From positions 1 through 59,405 of the IMG/VR virus record IMGVR_UViG_3300025528_000008: 59,405 bases of DNA. One strand, given 5' to 3'. Numbering within the stretch: the stretch's first letter is position 1; each line of letters starts with the position of its first letter. Origin of the DNA: a virus. Lineage: Duplodnaviria > Caudoviricetes. Positions 19,319 through 28,818 of this stretch are shown here, piece after piece. The notes beneath the pieces are model-generated. The model did no database searches, was not told the origin of the DNA, and saw only the letters and a program-made list of their open reading frames with translations. The position numbers and the translations under genes are program-made.

Positions 19319-20136
19319 CCAAACCGCACGGTACTTACGCCCGAGCAAAAAGCGGCTGCACCTGCACGCCCTGCAAGGACGCGTCCCGCCGCTACAACAA
19401 ACGCCGGGAACTTCTCATCGCCACCGGCCGGTGGCAGCCGTTTGTGGACGCTGAACCTGTCCGCGCCCACGTCCGGAGGCTCGGCGAATACGGGATCGGC
19501 TGGAAGAGCCTCGCCCAGGCCGCCGGTGTCCCACGAGGCGTGATGTGGAGGCTGCTGTACGGGGACCGCGACCGCGGCCCTTCCAAACGGGTCCGTGCCG
19601 CCACAGCAGAGGCAATCCTCGCCGTCCAGCCCACTCTCGACATCCTCCCCGATGGGGCCCGGGTGGACGGTGCCGGCACCCGGCGCAGGCTGCAAGCACT
19701 GATCGCACTCGGCTACTCCCAGGCCCGTCTTGCCAGTTTGCTGGGCTTCAGCAAAAGAGGCATAGGGGACTTGCTGAGCTCCGACTCTCGCGTGGAAGCC
19801 GGCACCGCACGCGCCGTCCGCACCTTGTATTCCCGACTGTGGGACCAACCACCCCCCGAGCAGACCCCGCCGCAGCATCGCGCCGCCAGTCGCGCCCGCG
19901 CCTACGCACGGCGGCAGGGCTGGCCACCACCAACAGGGTGGGACGACGACCTCATCGACCTCCCCGACGACGAACTGGAGGCGGTGTTGCGCCGCCGGGC
20001 CAAGGCGATGGACAACAACGAAGTCGCCCGCTGCTATCGGGCACACCGCAACGGCGACCTGAGCCTGCTGGTCACCGCTGGTGCACGCGAGTACCAGCGA
20101 CGTAGAACACGGTCCCGCAAGGAGGGCGCGGCGTGA
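19315..20136 (+). CDS. HGTY-CxCxxC / double-HTH protein, paralogue 1
   Basis: HGTYARAKSGCTCTPC; WQPFVDAEPVRAHV; LGYSQARLA. Confidence 0.7.
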   Translation: MTKPHGTYARAKSGCTCTPCKDASRRYNKRRELLIATGRWQPFVDAEPVRAHVRRLGEYGIGWKSLAQAAGVPRGVMWRLLYGDRDRGPSKRVRAATAEAILAVQPTLDILPDGARVDGAGTRRRLQALIALGYSQARLASLLGFSKRGIGDLLSSDSRVEAGTARAVRTLYSRLWDQPPPEQTPPQHRAASRARAYARRQGWPPPTGWDDDLIDLPDDELEAVLRRRAKAMDNNEVARCYRAHRNGDLSLLVTAGAREYQRRRTRSRKEGAA

Positions 20137-20966
20137 CGAGCCCTCACGGAACCTACACGCGCCACATGTGCTACGGCTGCTCCTGCGAGCCTTGCCGCGC
20201 CGCGGCCAGGGACTACTGGCGGGACCGTAACCGGGCCATCGCCTACGGCCGCTGGCAGCCGTGCGTGGATGCCGAACCTGTCCGCCAGCACATCCTCACC
20301 CTCCGCGCCCACAACGTCAGCGCACGGCAAATCGCACGTCTCGCCGGCGTCCCCTACAGCACTGTCTACCGCATCCTCCACGGCGAGGCCGGATACCCAC
20401 CACCCGCCAAAATCCGCGCCGCCACCGCAAAAGCAATCCTCACCGTCAGTCCCACCCTCGACGACCTCGCCGACGGCTCACACGTCCCCATCGACCCCTA
20501 CCGGCGCCGTCTCCGTTCTCTCTTCGCCGCAGGCTGGCCCTACAGCAGGCTCGCCGAACACCTCGGAATGGACGACAGCAACCTGCGGAAACTGCTAAAC
20601 AAAAGCAAGATCACCGCAGCCACCGCCCGCGCCATCCGCGACCTGTACACCCGGCTGGAGCACACCAACCCGGCCGACCATGGCGTGCCCACGGCCAGCA
20701 TCACCAAGGCCCGCAACCTCGCCACCCGCCGCGGCTGGCAGGTCCCCGGGGCATGGGACCCCGAATGGCTGGACCTCACCGACTCCCAGCTCGAGGCAGA
20801 GCTGCAGCGCCTAGCAGCCGACATGACCGACACGGATGTCTCCCGCTGCTACCGCGCCCACCTCGCCGGCGACAACACACCCCTCACCGTCGCGGCAGCC
20901 CACGAGCACCTCCGCCGGCGCAGAATCCGCCGACACACCACCAGCACGGAAGGAACCGCAGCATGA
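20133..20966 (+). CDS. HGTY-CxCxxC / double-HTH protein, paralogue 2
   Basis: HGTYTRHMCYGCSCEPC; WQPCVDAEPVRQHI; colinear with previous gene. Confidence 0.7.
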   Translation: MTSPHGTYTRHMCYGCSCEPCRAAARDYWRDRNRAIAYGRWQPCVDAEPVRQHILTLRAHNVSARQIARLAGVPYSTVYRILHGEAGYPPPAKIRAATAKAILTVSPTLDDLADGSHVPIDPYRRRLRSLFAAGWPYSRLAEHLGMDDSNLRKLLNKSKITAATARAIRDLYTRLEHTNPADHGVPTASITKARNLATRRGWQVPGAWDPEWLDLTDSQLEAELQRLAADMTDTDVSRCYRAHLAGDNTPLTVAAAHEHLRRRRIRRHTTSTEGTAA

Positions 20967-21355
20967 CCAGACCACAGAGGATCCAACGGAAGCGCACAAA
21001 GGGCTGGCGCATGCCACCCAATGCGATCTACGTCGGCCGCGGCACCAAGTGGGGCAACCCCTTCCGCGTGGGACAACCCATCACCGCCCCGTTCTTCGGT
21101 GGTGTGACGATCAACGGCGTGCCTCTCTCCCGGCAGGGCGTCGTTGAAGACCGTGAGCACGCTGTCGAGCTGTTCCAGTGGTGGCTGCTGACCGAAGCGC
21201 CTTACACCGAGGAAGACGTCCGCCGCGAGCTGGCCGGCCGGGACCTGGCCTGCTGGTGCCCGCCCCCAGAGCCCGGCCAACCCGACCACTGCCACGCCGC
21301 GCTGCTGCTGGCCATCGCCAACCAGCCCCGCGACGAGGAGGTCACCCGATGCTGA
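20963..21355 (+). CDS. DUF4326 family protein
   Basis: RIQRKRTKGWRMP..YVGRGTKWGNPF..LAGRDLACWCP..CHA. Confidence 0.85.
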   Translation: MTRPQRIQRKRTKGWRMPPNAIYVGRGTKWGNPFRVGQPITAPFFGGVTINGVPLSRQGVVEDREHAVELFQWWLLTEAPYTEEDVRRELAGRDLACWCPPPEPGQPDHCHAALLLAIANQPRDEEVTRC

Positions 21356-21648
21356 TGGCACGACTGTCCGACGGGCGCAAAGTCCCGCTGCACACGTGCT
21401 GCTTCGTCCTTCGGGACGCCTGCGGTTGCCCCCGAGGTGTCGTCCACGCCGCTACCGGCAACCCCGAACAGGTCATCTGCGTAGACGACGCCTGGCGTGC
21501 GCTCCTCCCCAACGCGCAGGACCGCGCCCGGGCACGCCAAGCCGGCATGCAAGTGGAGCTGATGCCCCAAGAGCGCTGGCTCCAGGAGATCGCGCTGCTG
21601 CTGCAGAACTACTGCCCGCACAGCAGAAAGGGAGCCGCCGATGCCTGA
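21349..21648 (+). CDS. hypothetical protein
   Basis: GGAGG RBS. Confidence 0.5.
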   Translation: MLMARLSDGRKVPLHTCCFVLRDACGCPRGVVHAATGNPEQVICVDDAWRALLPNAQDRARARQAGMQVELMPQERWLQEIALLLQNYCPHSRKGAADA

Positions 21649-21976
21649 GATCCCCCAGCCAACCGTCAGGATCACCCGATACGAGGTTTCCTGCCTCCCC
21701 GAAGACGACATCAACGCGGCAGCTTTCACGCTCACCGTGGAGTACCGCGGCAACGGCAAGTGGGCGGTGTGCCGCCGAGGATCCTGCCTTAGCGCCGACG
21801 GTAAATGGGACTACGAACCTTCCTCCTCCAACCGCTCTGACGAATGGCTGAGCAGCCACCGATTCGACCTGGATACCGCGCTTCGACTGGCCCGTGAAGC
21901 CGCACCGAAGGTGCGTGTCAACGGCTACACAGTCGCCGACGCGCTCGCCACGGCACAGGAACCCACCCGCGGTTGA
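21641..21976 (+). CDS. hypothetical phage protein
   Basis: GKWDYEPSSSNRSDEWL..RFDLDTAL. Confidence 0.65.
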   Translation: MPEIPQPTVRITRYEVSCLPEDDINAAAFTLTVEYRGNGKWAVCRRGSCLSADGKWDYEPSSSNRSDEWLSSHRFDLDTALRLAREAAPKVRVNGYTVADALATAQEPTRG

Positions 21977-22221
21977 ACAACACACCGAACGCTGACCGAC
22001 TGGCTCAAGACGAAGGAGCACCGGTGATCTGCTCATCGTGCCGGAACGCCAACCACCCGGCCTGCGAAACCCCTGACTGCTGCTGTGGTCACGCCGGCAG
22101 TCCAGTCCGCTCTCTGACAGGTGAGGAACGCCATGCCCGCGCCCTGGGCTTGCACAGCGACATCGTCCGTCCCGCCAACGGTTCACCCGCATCAAACCGA
22201 GTCGAGAGAACAGCCAAGTGA
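21973..22221 (+). CDS. small Cys-rich protein
   Basis: coupled ORF, ICSSC..HPAC..CCCGH. Confidence 0.4.
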   Translation: MNNTPNADRLAQDEGAPVICSSCRNANHPACETPDCCCGHAGSPVRSLTGEERHARALGLHSDIVRPANGSPASNRVERTAK

Positions 22222-22454
22222 ACACCTCAAATGAGAGGGACATCATGACCGAACGATGCAATCCCGATAAACCCCACCGCTGCCCGCGCTGCCACACCGT
22301 GACTGTCCACTACCCGGCGCGAGTGCGGCGGTGGAGGCGCTACCGATGCTGCCAGTGCCGGACAGTCTTCACCCGGTGGCCACTGCTTGCCCGGCTACTA
22401 CCGCTGCACGAGTGCAACGCACCAAGTCACAAGGAAGCTGAGAGCACATCATGA
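22218..22454 (+). CDS. Zn-ribbon protein
   Basis: CPRC..YRCCQC. Confidence 0.45.
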   Translation: MNTSNERDIMTERCNPDKPHRCPRCHTVTVHYPARVRRWRRYRCCQCRTVFTRWPLLARLLPLHECNAPSHKEAESTS

Positions 22455-22720
22455 ACGCCAGCAAGCTCGCAGACGCTGCTGGTATCACTTACCGGCAGCT
22501 CGACAACTGGTGCCGATCTGGATACCTCAACCCCCACGGAGGCGAAGGAACCGGCAAGGCCAGAGATTTCCCTCCAGGGGAAGTTCAGGTCGCCATTCTC
22601 ATGGGCCGGTTGGTCCATGCCGGGTTCACCCCTGAGGCTGCGCACACGGTAGCGCGACTCCACAAACCAGGACAGCCCATGAAGTTGGACGACGGCATCA
22701 CATTGACCATCGATCTGTAG
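22451..22720 (+). CDS. MerR-type HTH protein
   Basis: LADAAGITYRQLDNWCRSGYL..GTGKARDF. Confidence 0.7.
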   Translation: MNASKLADAAGITYRQLDNWCRSGYLNPHGGEGTGKARDFPPGEVQVAILMGRLVHAGFTPEAAHTVARLHKPGQPMKLDDGITLTIDL

Positions 22721-22744
22721 CACAATTGAATAAAGTGAAATGAG

Positions 22745-23167
22745 ATGCCTATGCCCCTTTCAAAGCCCGAACCCGGCTGCCTATTCTGCGACCTGACCTC
22801 CCACCGGATCCTGTGCCAGTCGCCAGGCTGGTATGTACGCCACGACAACTATCCAGCGCGTCCAGGACACGTCGAGGCCGTCCCCAAAAGGCACGTCGAA
22901 TCCTTCTTCGCCCTGACCACGGCCGAAGTCGCCGAAGGATACGAGCTGCTCCGCCAAGCCCGCTCCTTGCTGGCCGACGGATATGCCCCGGACGGGTGGA
23001 CGATCGGGATCAATGACGGCCCGGCCGCCGGCCAGAGCATCCCCCACCTGCACATCCACCTCGTCCCCCGCCACTGGGGAGACGTCCCCGACCCCCGCGG
23101 CGGAATCCGCCGCGCGCTGCCGAACTGCAACCCCGACACCTGGGTCACCCCCACGAAGGAGAGCTAA
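22745..23167 (+). CDS. HIT family hydrolase
   Basis: CLFC; GINDGPAAGQSIPHLHIHLVPR. Confidence 0.9.
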   Translation: MPMPLSKPEPGCLFCDLTSHRILCQSPGWYVRHDNYPARPGHVEAVPKRHVESFFALTTAEVAEGYELLRQARSLLADGYAPDGWTIGINDGPAAGQSIPHLHIHLVPRHWGDVPDPRGGIRRALPNCNPDTWVTPTKES

Positions 23168-23170
23168 CCC

Positions 23171-23632
23171 ATGGCAGGCGACACCCAGATCACCCTCGTC
23201 GGAAACCTCGTCGACGACCCCGCCCTGCGCTTCACCTCCAGCGGCCAGGCGGTCGCCTCGTTCCGCATCGCCTCCACCCCCCGCACTTTCGACCGGCAGT
23301 CGGGGGAGTGGAAGGACGGCGAGGCACTGTTCCTGACTTGCAACGTCTGGCGGCAGATGGCCGAGAACGTCACCGAATCCCTGACCAAGGGCGCCAGGGT
23401 GATCGTCCAAGGCCGCCTCAGGCAGCGCTCCTATGAGACCCGGGAGGGGGAGCGCCGCACTGTCTACGAAGTCGAGGTGGACGAGGTCGGCCCGTCGCTG
23501 CGTAACGCCACCGCGAAGGTCGTCAAGGCCGCCCGGCAGGGAGCTGCCCGGCAACCCGGCAACACCGCCCCGGCGCCGGCTCCCGCCCAGGACGACCCGT
23601 GGGCCACATCTCCCGACAACCCCCCGTTCTAG
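23171..23632 (+). CDS. ssb: single-stranded DNA-binding protein
   Basis: [22 protein letters not shown]; DDPW..PPF tail. Confidence 0.95.
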   Translation: MAGDTQITLVGNLVDDPALRFTSSGQAVASFRIASTPRTFDRQSGEWKDGEALFLTCNVWRQMAENVTESLTKGARVIVQGRLRQRSYETREGERRTVYEVEVDEVGPSLRNATAKVVKAARQGAARQPGNTAPAPAPAQDDPWATSPDNPPF

Positions 23633-23644
23633 GAGAACGTCACG

Positions 23645-23920
23645 ATGACTGAACCTCCCACTCAACCGCCGGCCAGCCGCCCGCTTCGTATCACCGGCTG
23701 GACCCTCGCCTGGACGGCGTGGATCCTGTTCTTCCTCGTCGTCGAGGCCGCGGCGCTGATCCGCAAGGCCCCCGGGGACACGTTCTCTGAGCACTGGTGG
23801 TCCCTGTTTCGGGTGAGGGAGCGGGTGCCGCTGCCGGCCCGGATCGTGCTGCTGGTCGTGCAGGTCGGCTTCGGGATCTGGCTGATCGGCCATCTGGCGT
23901 TCGGGTGGTGGACGCTGTGA
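23645..23920 (+). CDS. membrane protein
   Basis: two TM segments around GDTFSEHWW. Confidence 0.65.
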   Translation: MTEPPTQPPASRPLRITGWTLAWTAWILFFLVVEAAALIRKAPGDTFSEHWWSLFRVRERVPLPARIVLLVVQVGFGIWLIGHLAFGWWTL

Positions 23921-24321
23921 CCAAACCCGAACAGCCTCGACTCAGCCCTGAGGAGTGGATGCGCCGCTGGGAGCAGGCTCCCAACGAGCAGCGCCTCGCC
24001 ATGGTGGCCACGCTTCTGACCGCGGCCCGGGGCGCAGAGCAATGCCTGTACGGCGGGCACGACGAGCTCCAGACCAGGCTGGAAGCGACACAGCGTCGCG
24101 TCACCGACCTGGATGGCCAACTGCAGCGCGCCAAGGAAGCCCTGCGCCGCGCAAAGGAATCCCTGGACCGGGTGCGGGCCGAGCACCGCGATACCTGCCT
24201 GCTCGCTACCGGCAAAGGTAAGAGACCGGCCTGGAGCTGCAGCGTGTGCGATGCCCTCGGCATCACCGCCCCCGAGCCGTCCACGGACGACACCGCAGAC
24301 CAAAAGGACGGCCATGTCTGA
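23917..24321 (+). CDS. coiled-coil hypothetical protein
   Basis: GTGA-coupled start. Confidence 0.55.
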   Translation: MTKPEQPRLSPEEWMRRWEQAPNEQRLAMVATLLTAARGAEQCLYGGHDELQTRLEATQRRVTDLDGQLQRAKEALRRAKESLDRVRAEHRDTCLLATGKGKRPAWSCSVCDALGITAPEPSTDDTADQKDGHV

Positions 24322-24395
24322 GCAGATCCCCACCGCCCCCAGACCTTCGTAATGCATGCAAGAAGGAGAAGAGAAATCGACCACGAGGAGGACCA

Positions 24396-24620
24396 TTGAC
24401 CGCCCGAAAGATCGTTGCCGAAGCCGCCGCCCCCAAGGCCGGCATGACCCTCGATGAGCTCGGTGAACTGGTCAGCCGAGCAATGAAGGCCGGCGCGACC
24501 GGCCGGGAGATCGTGGAGGTGACCGTGTCCGGGGTCCTCCACCAGCGGATCAGGACCGCGAAGGTCACCATCAACCCCGCCACCGAAAAGCAGCCCCCGG
24601 GCACGGACCTTCCCCGATGA
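24396..24620 (+). CDS. hypothetical protein
   Basis: GAGGAGG RBS with TTG start; GMTLDELGELV. Confidence 0.5.
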   Translation: MTARKIVAEAAAPKAGMTLDELGELVSRAMKAGATGREIVEVTVSGVLHQRIRTAKVTINPATEKQPPGTDLPR

Positions 24621-24835
24621 CATGGCGTACCCGCCCGCAAGGCGATAATGGGGCCTACCGGGGCAGCGCGATCAGTCCTGCCTTGCCCGGGCGGGGCCCA
24701 ACCCCCGCAGGAACTGCCTTGAGCGACGCACCACACCTTGCCCCCGAAGCATCCCAGGACGTCACCTTCACCGTGTCCGGACAGAACCACGACGTCAGCC
24801 TCTTCCACCGGCTCACCGGCAAGTTCCGCCTCTAG
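24617..24835 (+). CDS. hypothetical protein
   Basis: coupled 72-aa ORF. Confidence 0.4.
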   Translation: MTWRTRPQGDNGAYRGSAISPALPGRGPTPAGTALSDAPHLAPEASQDVTFTVSGQNHDVSLFHRLTGKFRL

Positions 24836-24878
24836 AAAACACCCAGCCCTGCCACAACCACACGAGGGGGGATCGATC

Positions 24879-25736
24879 GTGGGACGGTACTGGGTCCACA
24901 GCATGCCCGACGACATGCGCGACGACGGCCAGCGCCCATGCGCCCGCGGAGACCGCTGCGCACGCGCCACCGTCACCATCGAAAAGGGGGAGCGCATCTA
25001 CCACCCGGCGCTCACCTACCGGGCCTTCTGCGAAGCATGCTCCGAAGCGGTCCGCAACGCCATCCAGGAACTCCCCGGCTACTACACCGAACTGGGGGAG
25101 CGGATCGGTGACCATGCCACAGGCATCGGCCAGCGAGTCTCAGGCTCCAAGGACCTCCCAACCCCGATCAACCTGACCTTCGACGAACTCCGCACCGAAC
25201 TGGTTAACACCATCTCCGCCTGGGGAACCCGGGTATGCGAGACCGCCAAGCTCTCCGGCCACAGCATCGACTGGCCCACCACCCGACACACCCCGGACAC
25301 CCTCACCCGGATGTGCGAGGTCCTCACCGCCCACCTGGATGCGCTTTTCTCCCTACCGCCGGCCCCGATGACGATCACCGTCCCTCTCGCTGAGGCTGAC
25401 GCTCTCCCCGAGACTGCTGAAGTACGCCGTCACTACGACGCCGGCTACGCCGTAGCCATCGTGGAGCTGGATGGAGCGGACGCGGGCCTTGCCATGCTCA
25501 AGTTGGCGTCCCGCTGCCGCTGGATGCTGGGGCACGTCGGCCGTCCTGAGAGGCTCCAAGGCCGCTGTCTGCACTGCGACATGGTCGGGGCATTGATCCG
25601 CCCCGACCTGTCCACCGGCCTGGCGGACTGGGCCGAGTGCGGGGCGTGCGGAACCCGCTACACAGGAGTCGAGTACCTCAACCTCGTCCGGGCCCTCTAC
25701 GAACAGGAGATCCAGCACCAGCGCGAGGCATCGTGA
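24879..25736 (+). CDS. Cys-motif protein, possible late-gene regulator
   Basis: CEAC, CLHC..CGACG; located at the end of the early operon. Confidence 0.6.
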   Translation: MGRYWVHSMPDDMRDDGQRPCARGDRCARATVTIEKGERIYHPALTYRAFCEACSEAVRNAIQELPGYYTELGERIGDHATGIGQRVSGSKDLPTPINLTFDELRTELVNTISAWGTRVCETAKLSGHSIDWPTTRHTPDTLTRMCEVLTAHLDALFSLPPAPMTITVPLAEADALPETAEVRRHYDAGYAVAIVELDGADAGLAMLKLASRCRWMLGHVGRPERLQGRCLHCDMVGALIRPDLSTGLADWAECGACGTRYTGVEYLNLVRALYEQEIQHQREAS

Positions 25737-26239
25737 ACCCAGAGAAGACGGTCGCAGCGATCGATGCCGCCATTGACGGATGGACCGGCCCTGATCTCTC
25801 GGTCAGCTCTTGTGCAATGCGGTGGGCACCTGAACCACCACCATCGCCCAACCAACCAGCAGGGGAGCAGCGCGGCACACCACTGACCGTTAGCGAAGCA
25901 ACCGCCCTCATCGGTGAGGTGATTTCGGCGTGGATCCCACCGAACGCACCAGAAGGCCTCTACCCGGAGGCCATCCACTCCCTCGCCGAGGTGCACGCCA
26001 ACATCGAGCGAGCATCTGCGGCCTTCACACGAAAGACCCAACTTCTTTCAGAGACGTGGGCCAAGGCTACGCATGAGGCTCTCGCCCAGTGGCACTACGG
26101 CGGCAAGTACCGGAGGCATCGCCGCGGCTGCCGGATCTGCAACCCGCACGGCAACCCGCCCCCCGCACCTTCGAGCATGCGCGCCGCCGAGTACACCCGC
26201 AGGCTCAGACACCGCCGGCGCAGGAACCGGAAGAGGTAA
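25733..26239 (+). CDS. hypothetical protein
   Basis: coupled; AMRWAP; Arg-rich tail. Confidence 0.5.
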   Translation: MNPEKTVAAIDAAIDGWTGPDLSVSSCAMRWAPEPPPSPNQPAGEQRGTPLTVSEATALIGEVISAWIPPNAPEGLYPEAIHSLAEVHANIERASAAFTRKTQLLSETWAKATHEALAQWHYGGKYRRHRRGCRICNPHGNPPPAPSSMRAAEYTRRLRHRRRRNRKR

Positions 26240-26241
26240 CT

Positions 26242-26457
26242 GTGGACCTGCTGCGCCGCCTGCTACGCCTCCCGCCACGGCAGATCACCCTCTGGGCGAC
26301 GGCCCCTCCCGCAGACGGCGACACGGCTCTCGTGATCCTGTCCGAAGGGCGGTCAACGGTGCCGCGACCGGGTGAGAGCCTGCTGGAGGCTGCCGAGCGG
26401 CTAGGCGGGCAGGGGACGAATCGGACTGGCACGGAAGGATGGCCTCATGAAGGCTAA
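26242..26457 (+). CDS. hypothetical protein
   Basis: GAGG RBS with GTG start. Confidence 0.4.
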   Translation: MDLLRRLLRLPPRQITLWATAPPADGDTALVILSEGRSTVPRPGESLLEAAERLGGQGTNRTGTEGWPHEG

Positions 26458-26716
26458 GTTCATCGACGGCCCGATCGATGGCCAATACCTAGACATCCCC
26501 GGCTGGGGCAGATTTCGCGACCACTGGCCCAAGACGTATGAGGTGAAAGCTCCATCGCTTGACGATCTGATCGCCGTCTGGAACGGCGTCACGGACGGCG
26601 ACACACCGGCACGGTTTCGAATCGGCGTCTACCGGCTCGACCCCACCCCTGTTGGCCCCGATGGCGATTGGCGGATCTACCGGTGGGATGGATGGCAGCC
26701 CGATCGGAGCAGATGA
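26447..26716 (+). CDS. hypothetical protein
   Basis: FIDGPIDG start motif. Confidence 0.55.
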   Translation: MKAKFIDGPIDGQYLDIPGWGRFRDHWPKTYEVKAPSLDDLIAVWNGVTDGDTPARFRIGVYRLDPTPVGPDGDWRIYRWDGWQPDRSR

Positions 26717-26744
26717 ACTCTCAGACGAAAGAGGAGATGAGCGT

Positions 26745-27044
26745 ATGAGCGGCGGCACCACGGCGAGTCCACCGATTCAGAAGTTTGTTCTCCCCGACGG
26801 CTTCGTCATCCCCGTCCCAGATGGGAAGGATCCGCGCCGGGTGTGGGCCATGCACGCCTTTGCAGCTGTGTCCGAGGGGAAGTGTCCTATCCACCGCATC
26901 ACCCTGTCCGAACCCTTGGAAGGAGATGAACGCCCCTACTGCAAGGCGTGCGAAAGGTGGTGGTGGGCCAGGTGTGAGGGTGACGACGCTGAGGTTGGGT
27001 GGGAGCTGATGTACGACCCCCATGCGGAGAAGGGATGGTGGTGA
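26745..27044 (+). CDS. hypothetical protein
   Basis: GAGGAG RBS; CP.H..CKAC. Confidence 0.5.
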   Translation: MSGGTTASPPIQKFVLPDGFVIPVPDGKDPRRVWAMHAFAAVSEGKCPIHRITLSEPLEGDERPYCKACERWWWARCEGDDAEVGWELMYDPHAEKGWW

Positions 27045-27105
27045 TCATGGAGTGTGTTGGGACTGAGGCCAAAACCAGTCGTACTCGGCGCCCCCCAGGG
27101 CCGCC

Positions 27106-27342
27106 CTAGCTGGCCACCCACGTGGCGGAAACCTGGACGTGGAGGGCTTCCTCATCCTCATCGAAGTGGCAAGTCAGCCCGCACTCATCCGGCCCGCTGT
27201 GCAGCGCACATTCTCCATCACAGCCGTGCACGCAACCCCGGTCCATCGGAGTTGGCGGCAGCACGAGGGTAGGAAGCAGTTCGCGGCGTAGTGTCTGCCG
27301 GTCGCGCCGGCGCCGGGCACGGTGTCGGCTCATCCTGCGCAT
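27106..27342 (-). CDS. small Cys/His-rich protein
   Basis: AGGAG RBS on the minus strand; CVHGCDGECALH..CGLTCH. Confidence 0.45.
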   Translation of the reverse strand: MRRMSRHRARRRRDRQTLRRELLPTLVLPPTPMDRGCVHGCDGECALHSGPDECGLTCHFDEDEEALHVQVSATWVAS

Positions 27343-27508
27343 GATGCTCTCCTGAATGTGCGCCCTCGAAACCAGGGTGTTCACCGGCATCCTTGCAGCT
27401 CGCTCAGCCGCCCATACAACAACACGTAAGCACCTGCCACGGCTCACGAGTGTTCGGTTTGCGCTCACCCCTGTGACCTGCTGAAATAGTTTTTGTAGGA
27501 CAACTGTG

Positions 27509-27541
27509 CCCTCGGACAGGCTTACGTCTGCCGGGGGTTTT
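27509..27541 (+). terminator. intrinsic terminator-like hairpin after an AT-rich candidate promoter
   Basis: CCCTCGG-ACAGGC..GTCTG-CCGGGGG followed by TTTT. Confidence 0.5.
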
Positions 27542-27562
27542 CGCATGTCAAAGGGGGTGAAC

Positions 27563-27841
27563 ATGCCCCCCGACATGCCCCTGCCCGCCACCGCCGAACA
27601 AGCAGCCCAATCCCTCGGCCGCCCCGCCGCCACCATCCGCGTCTGGGCCCACCGCTACAGAGTCCCCCGAACCCGGCGAGGCCGGCACGTCTACTACGAC
27701 CTGCGGGACCTGCAGGTCATCGAACGCGAGCTGCACCACGGCCACCCGGTACCCCCCACCCCCGAAGAACGCGCAGCGATCCGCCTACACTGCCCCCACC
27801 ACACCACAAACCCTGACGTTCAAACCGCCCAGGCAGCCTGA
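27563..27841 (+). CDS. HTH DNA-binding protein
   Basis: TAEQAAQSLGRPAATIRVWAHRY..YYDLRDL. Confidence 0.65.
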   Translation: MPPDMPLPATAEQAAQSLGRPAATIRVWAHRYRVPRTRRGRHVYYDLRDLQVIERELHHGHPVPPTPEERAAIRLHCPHHTTNPDVQTAQAA

Positions 27842-27854
27842 CCCGACCGAGCGT

Positions 27855-27998
27855 GCGTGCCGCCGACTTCCACGGCGACGACCCTGGCGGCACGCCGGCG
27901 CAAACCCCTGGCCACAGATCCCCCAGGGTTGCGCACTGGCACGGGGCCTGCAGCAACGATCCGCGGGGGGTTGACGCTGCAGGCCCCGGCCACCCCGC
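27855..27998 (+). ncRNA. candidate structured RNA, three tandem hairpins
   Basis: 10-bp IR 27855-64/27886-95; ~12-bp IR 27898-27934; 12-bp IR 27943-54/27976-87. Confidence 0.4.
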
Positions 27999-28052
27999 CG
28001 TGAGGCCATGCTGGAGCCGCACCACCCGTCAGCAGGGGAGGTGGCGCACCCG

Positions 28053-28244
28053 ATGCCAGCAGACCTGCCCGGCAACGTCATCGCCCCCAACAAGGTCCGC
28101 ATCAACGGCATCCCCCTGCTCGTCACCGGGGACGGCATCCAGGTCCACGAGATGCGCATCGGCGGCGCCCCGAACGTCGCCACGGTGACGCTGACGCTGC
28201 TGGCCCGCAGGATCACCGTGGCCGCAGAGGGGAACCTGGAATGA
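28053..28244 (+). CDS. hypothetical protein
   Basis: GGAGG RBS. Confidence 0.55.
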   Translation: MPADLPGNVIAPNKVRINGIPLLVTGDGIQVHEMRIGGAPNVATVTLTLLARRITVAAEGNLE

Positions 28245-28408
28245 GCAGCGACATGCCGCAGGACCCGTTCACCGAGCTCGCAAAGGCCGCCATCCAGCTC
28301 CACGAGCTGTTCAAGGCGTTCCTCGACGCTGGCTTCACCGAACCTCAGGCGATGCAACTGGTGTGCACCGCCCTGACCGCCGGCATCACCAAAGGGAGCC
28401 AGGGGTGA
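28241..28408 (+). CDS. 55-aa phage protein (absent from ORF track)
   Basis: MSSDMPQDPFTELAKAAIQLHELFKAFLDAGFTEPQAMQLV; coupled at both ends. Confidence 0.6.
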   Translation: MSSDMPQDPFTELAKAAIQLHELFKAFLDAGFTEPQAMQLVCTALTAGITKGSQG

Positions 28409-28818
28409 TCCGCGCCCACATCCAAGAAGAACCCGCCACCGACTCCATCGACATCACCATCATCAGGACCCACACCACCCTCGACCAGGACACCGAAAGA
28501 TGGGTCCTCCACTTCACACACTCCGACCCTGCCTCCGCCTTCTGGGATCCCATCCCCGACGACGGACGGCAACCAAAACCAACCCTCCGCCTCACCAACG
28601 AGACCGCTCTCGCCCTGCTGGAAGCCCTGGCCCGCCACTACCACGGCACCGAGAACACCCGCACCCTCCGCAAGGACTACGAAGCCGAACGCCGACGCGT
28701 CGACCAGCTCACCGCTGCTCTCGCCGGCGTCGCCCAGACACTCGCCGAGCAGCATCGCTCGCAGCGTCGCGAGGCCGAGCGGGCGGTGAACACGCACCTG
28801 GAGGCGGCACAGCCGTGA
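28405..28818 (+). CDS. hypothetical protein
   Basis: coupled; LRKDYEAERRRVDQL. Confidence 0.6.
   Translation: MIRAHIQEEPATDSIDITIIRTHTTLDQDTERWVLHFTHSDPASAFWDPIPDDGRQPKPTLRLTNETALALLEALARHYHGTENTRTLRKDYEAERRRVDQLTAALAGVAQTLAEQHRSQRREAERAVNTHLEAAQP

Noticed and set aside
109-21648. Recurrent C-terminal EAA/GAA/DAA endings as a shared peptide tag
   Set aside because: Explained by embedded Shine-Dalgarno sequences plus GTGA/ATGA stop-start overlaps.
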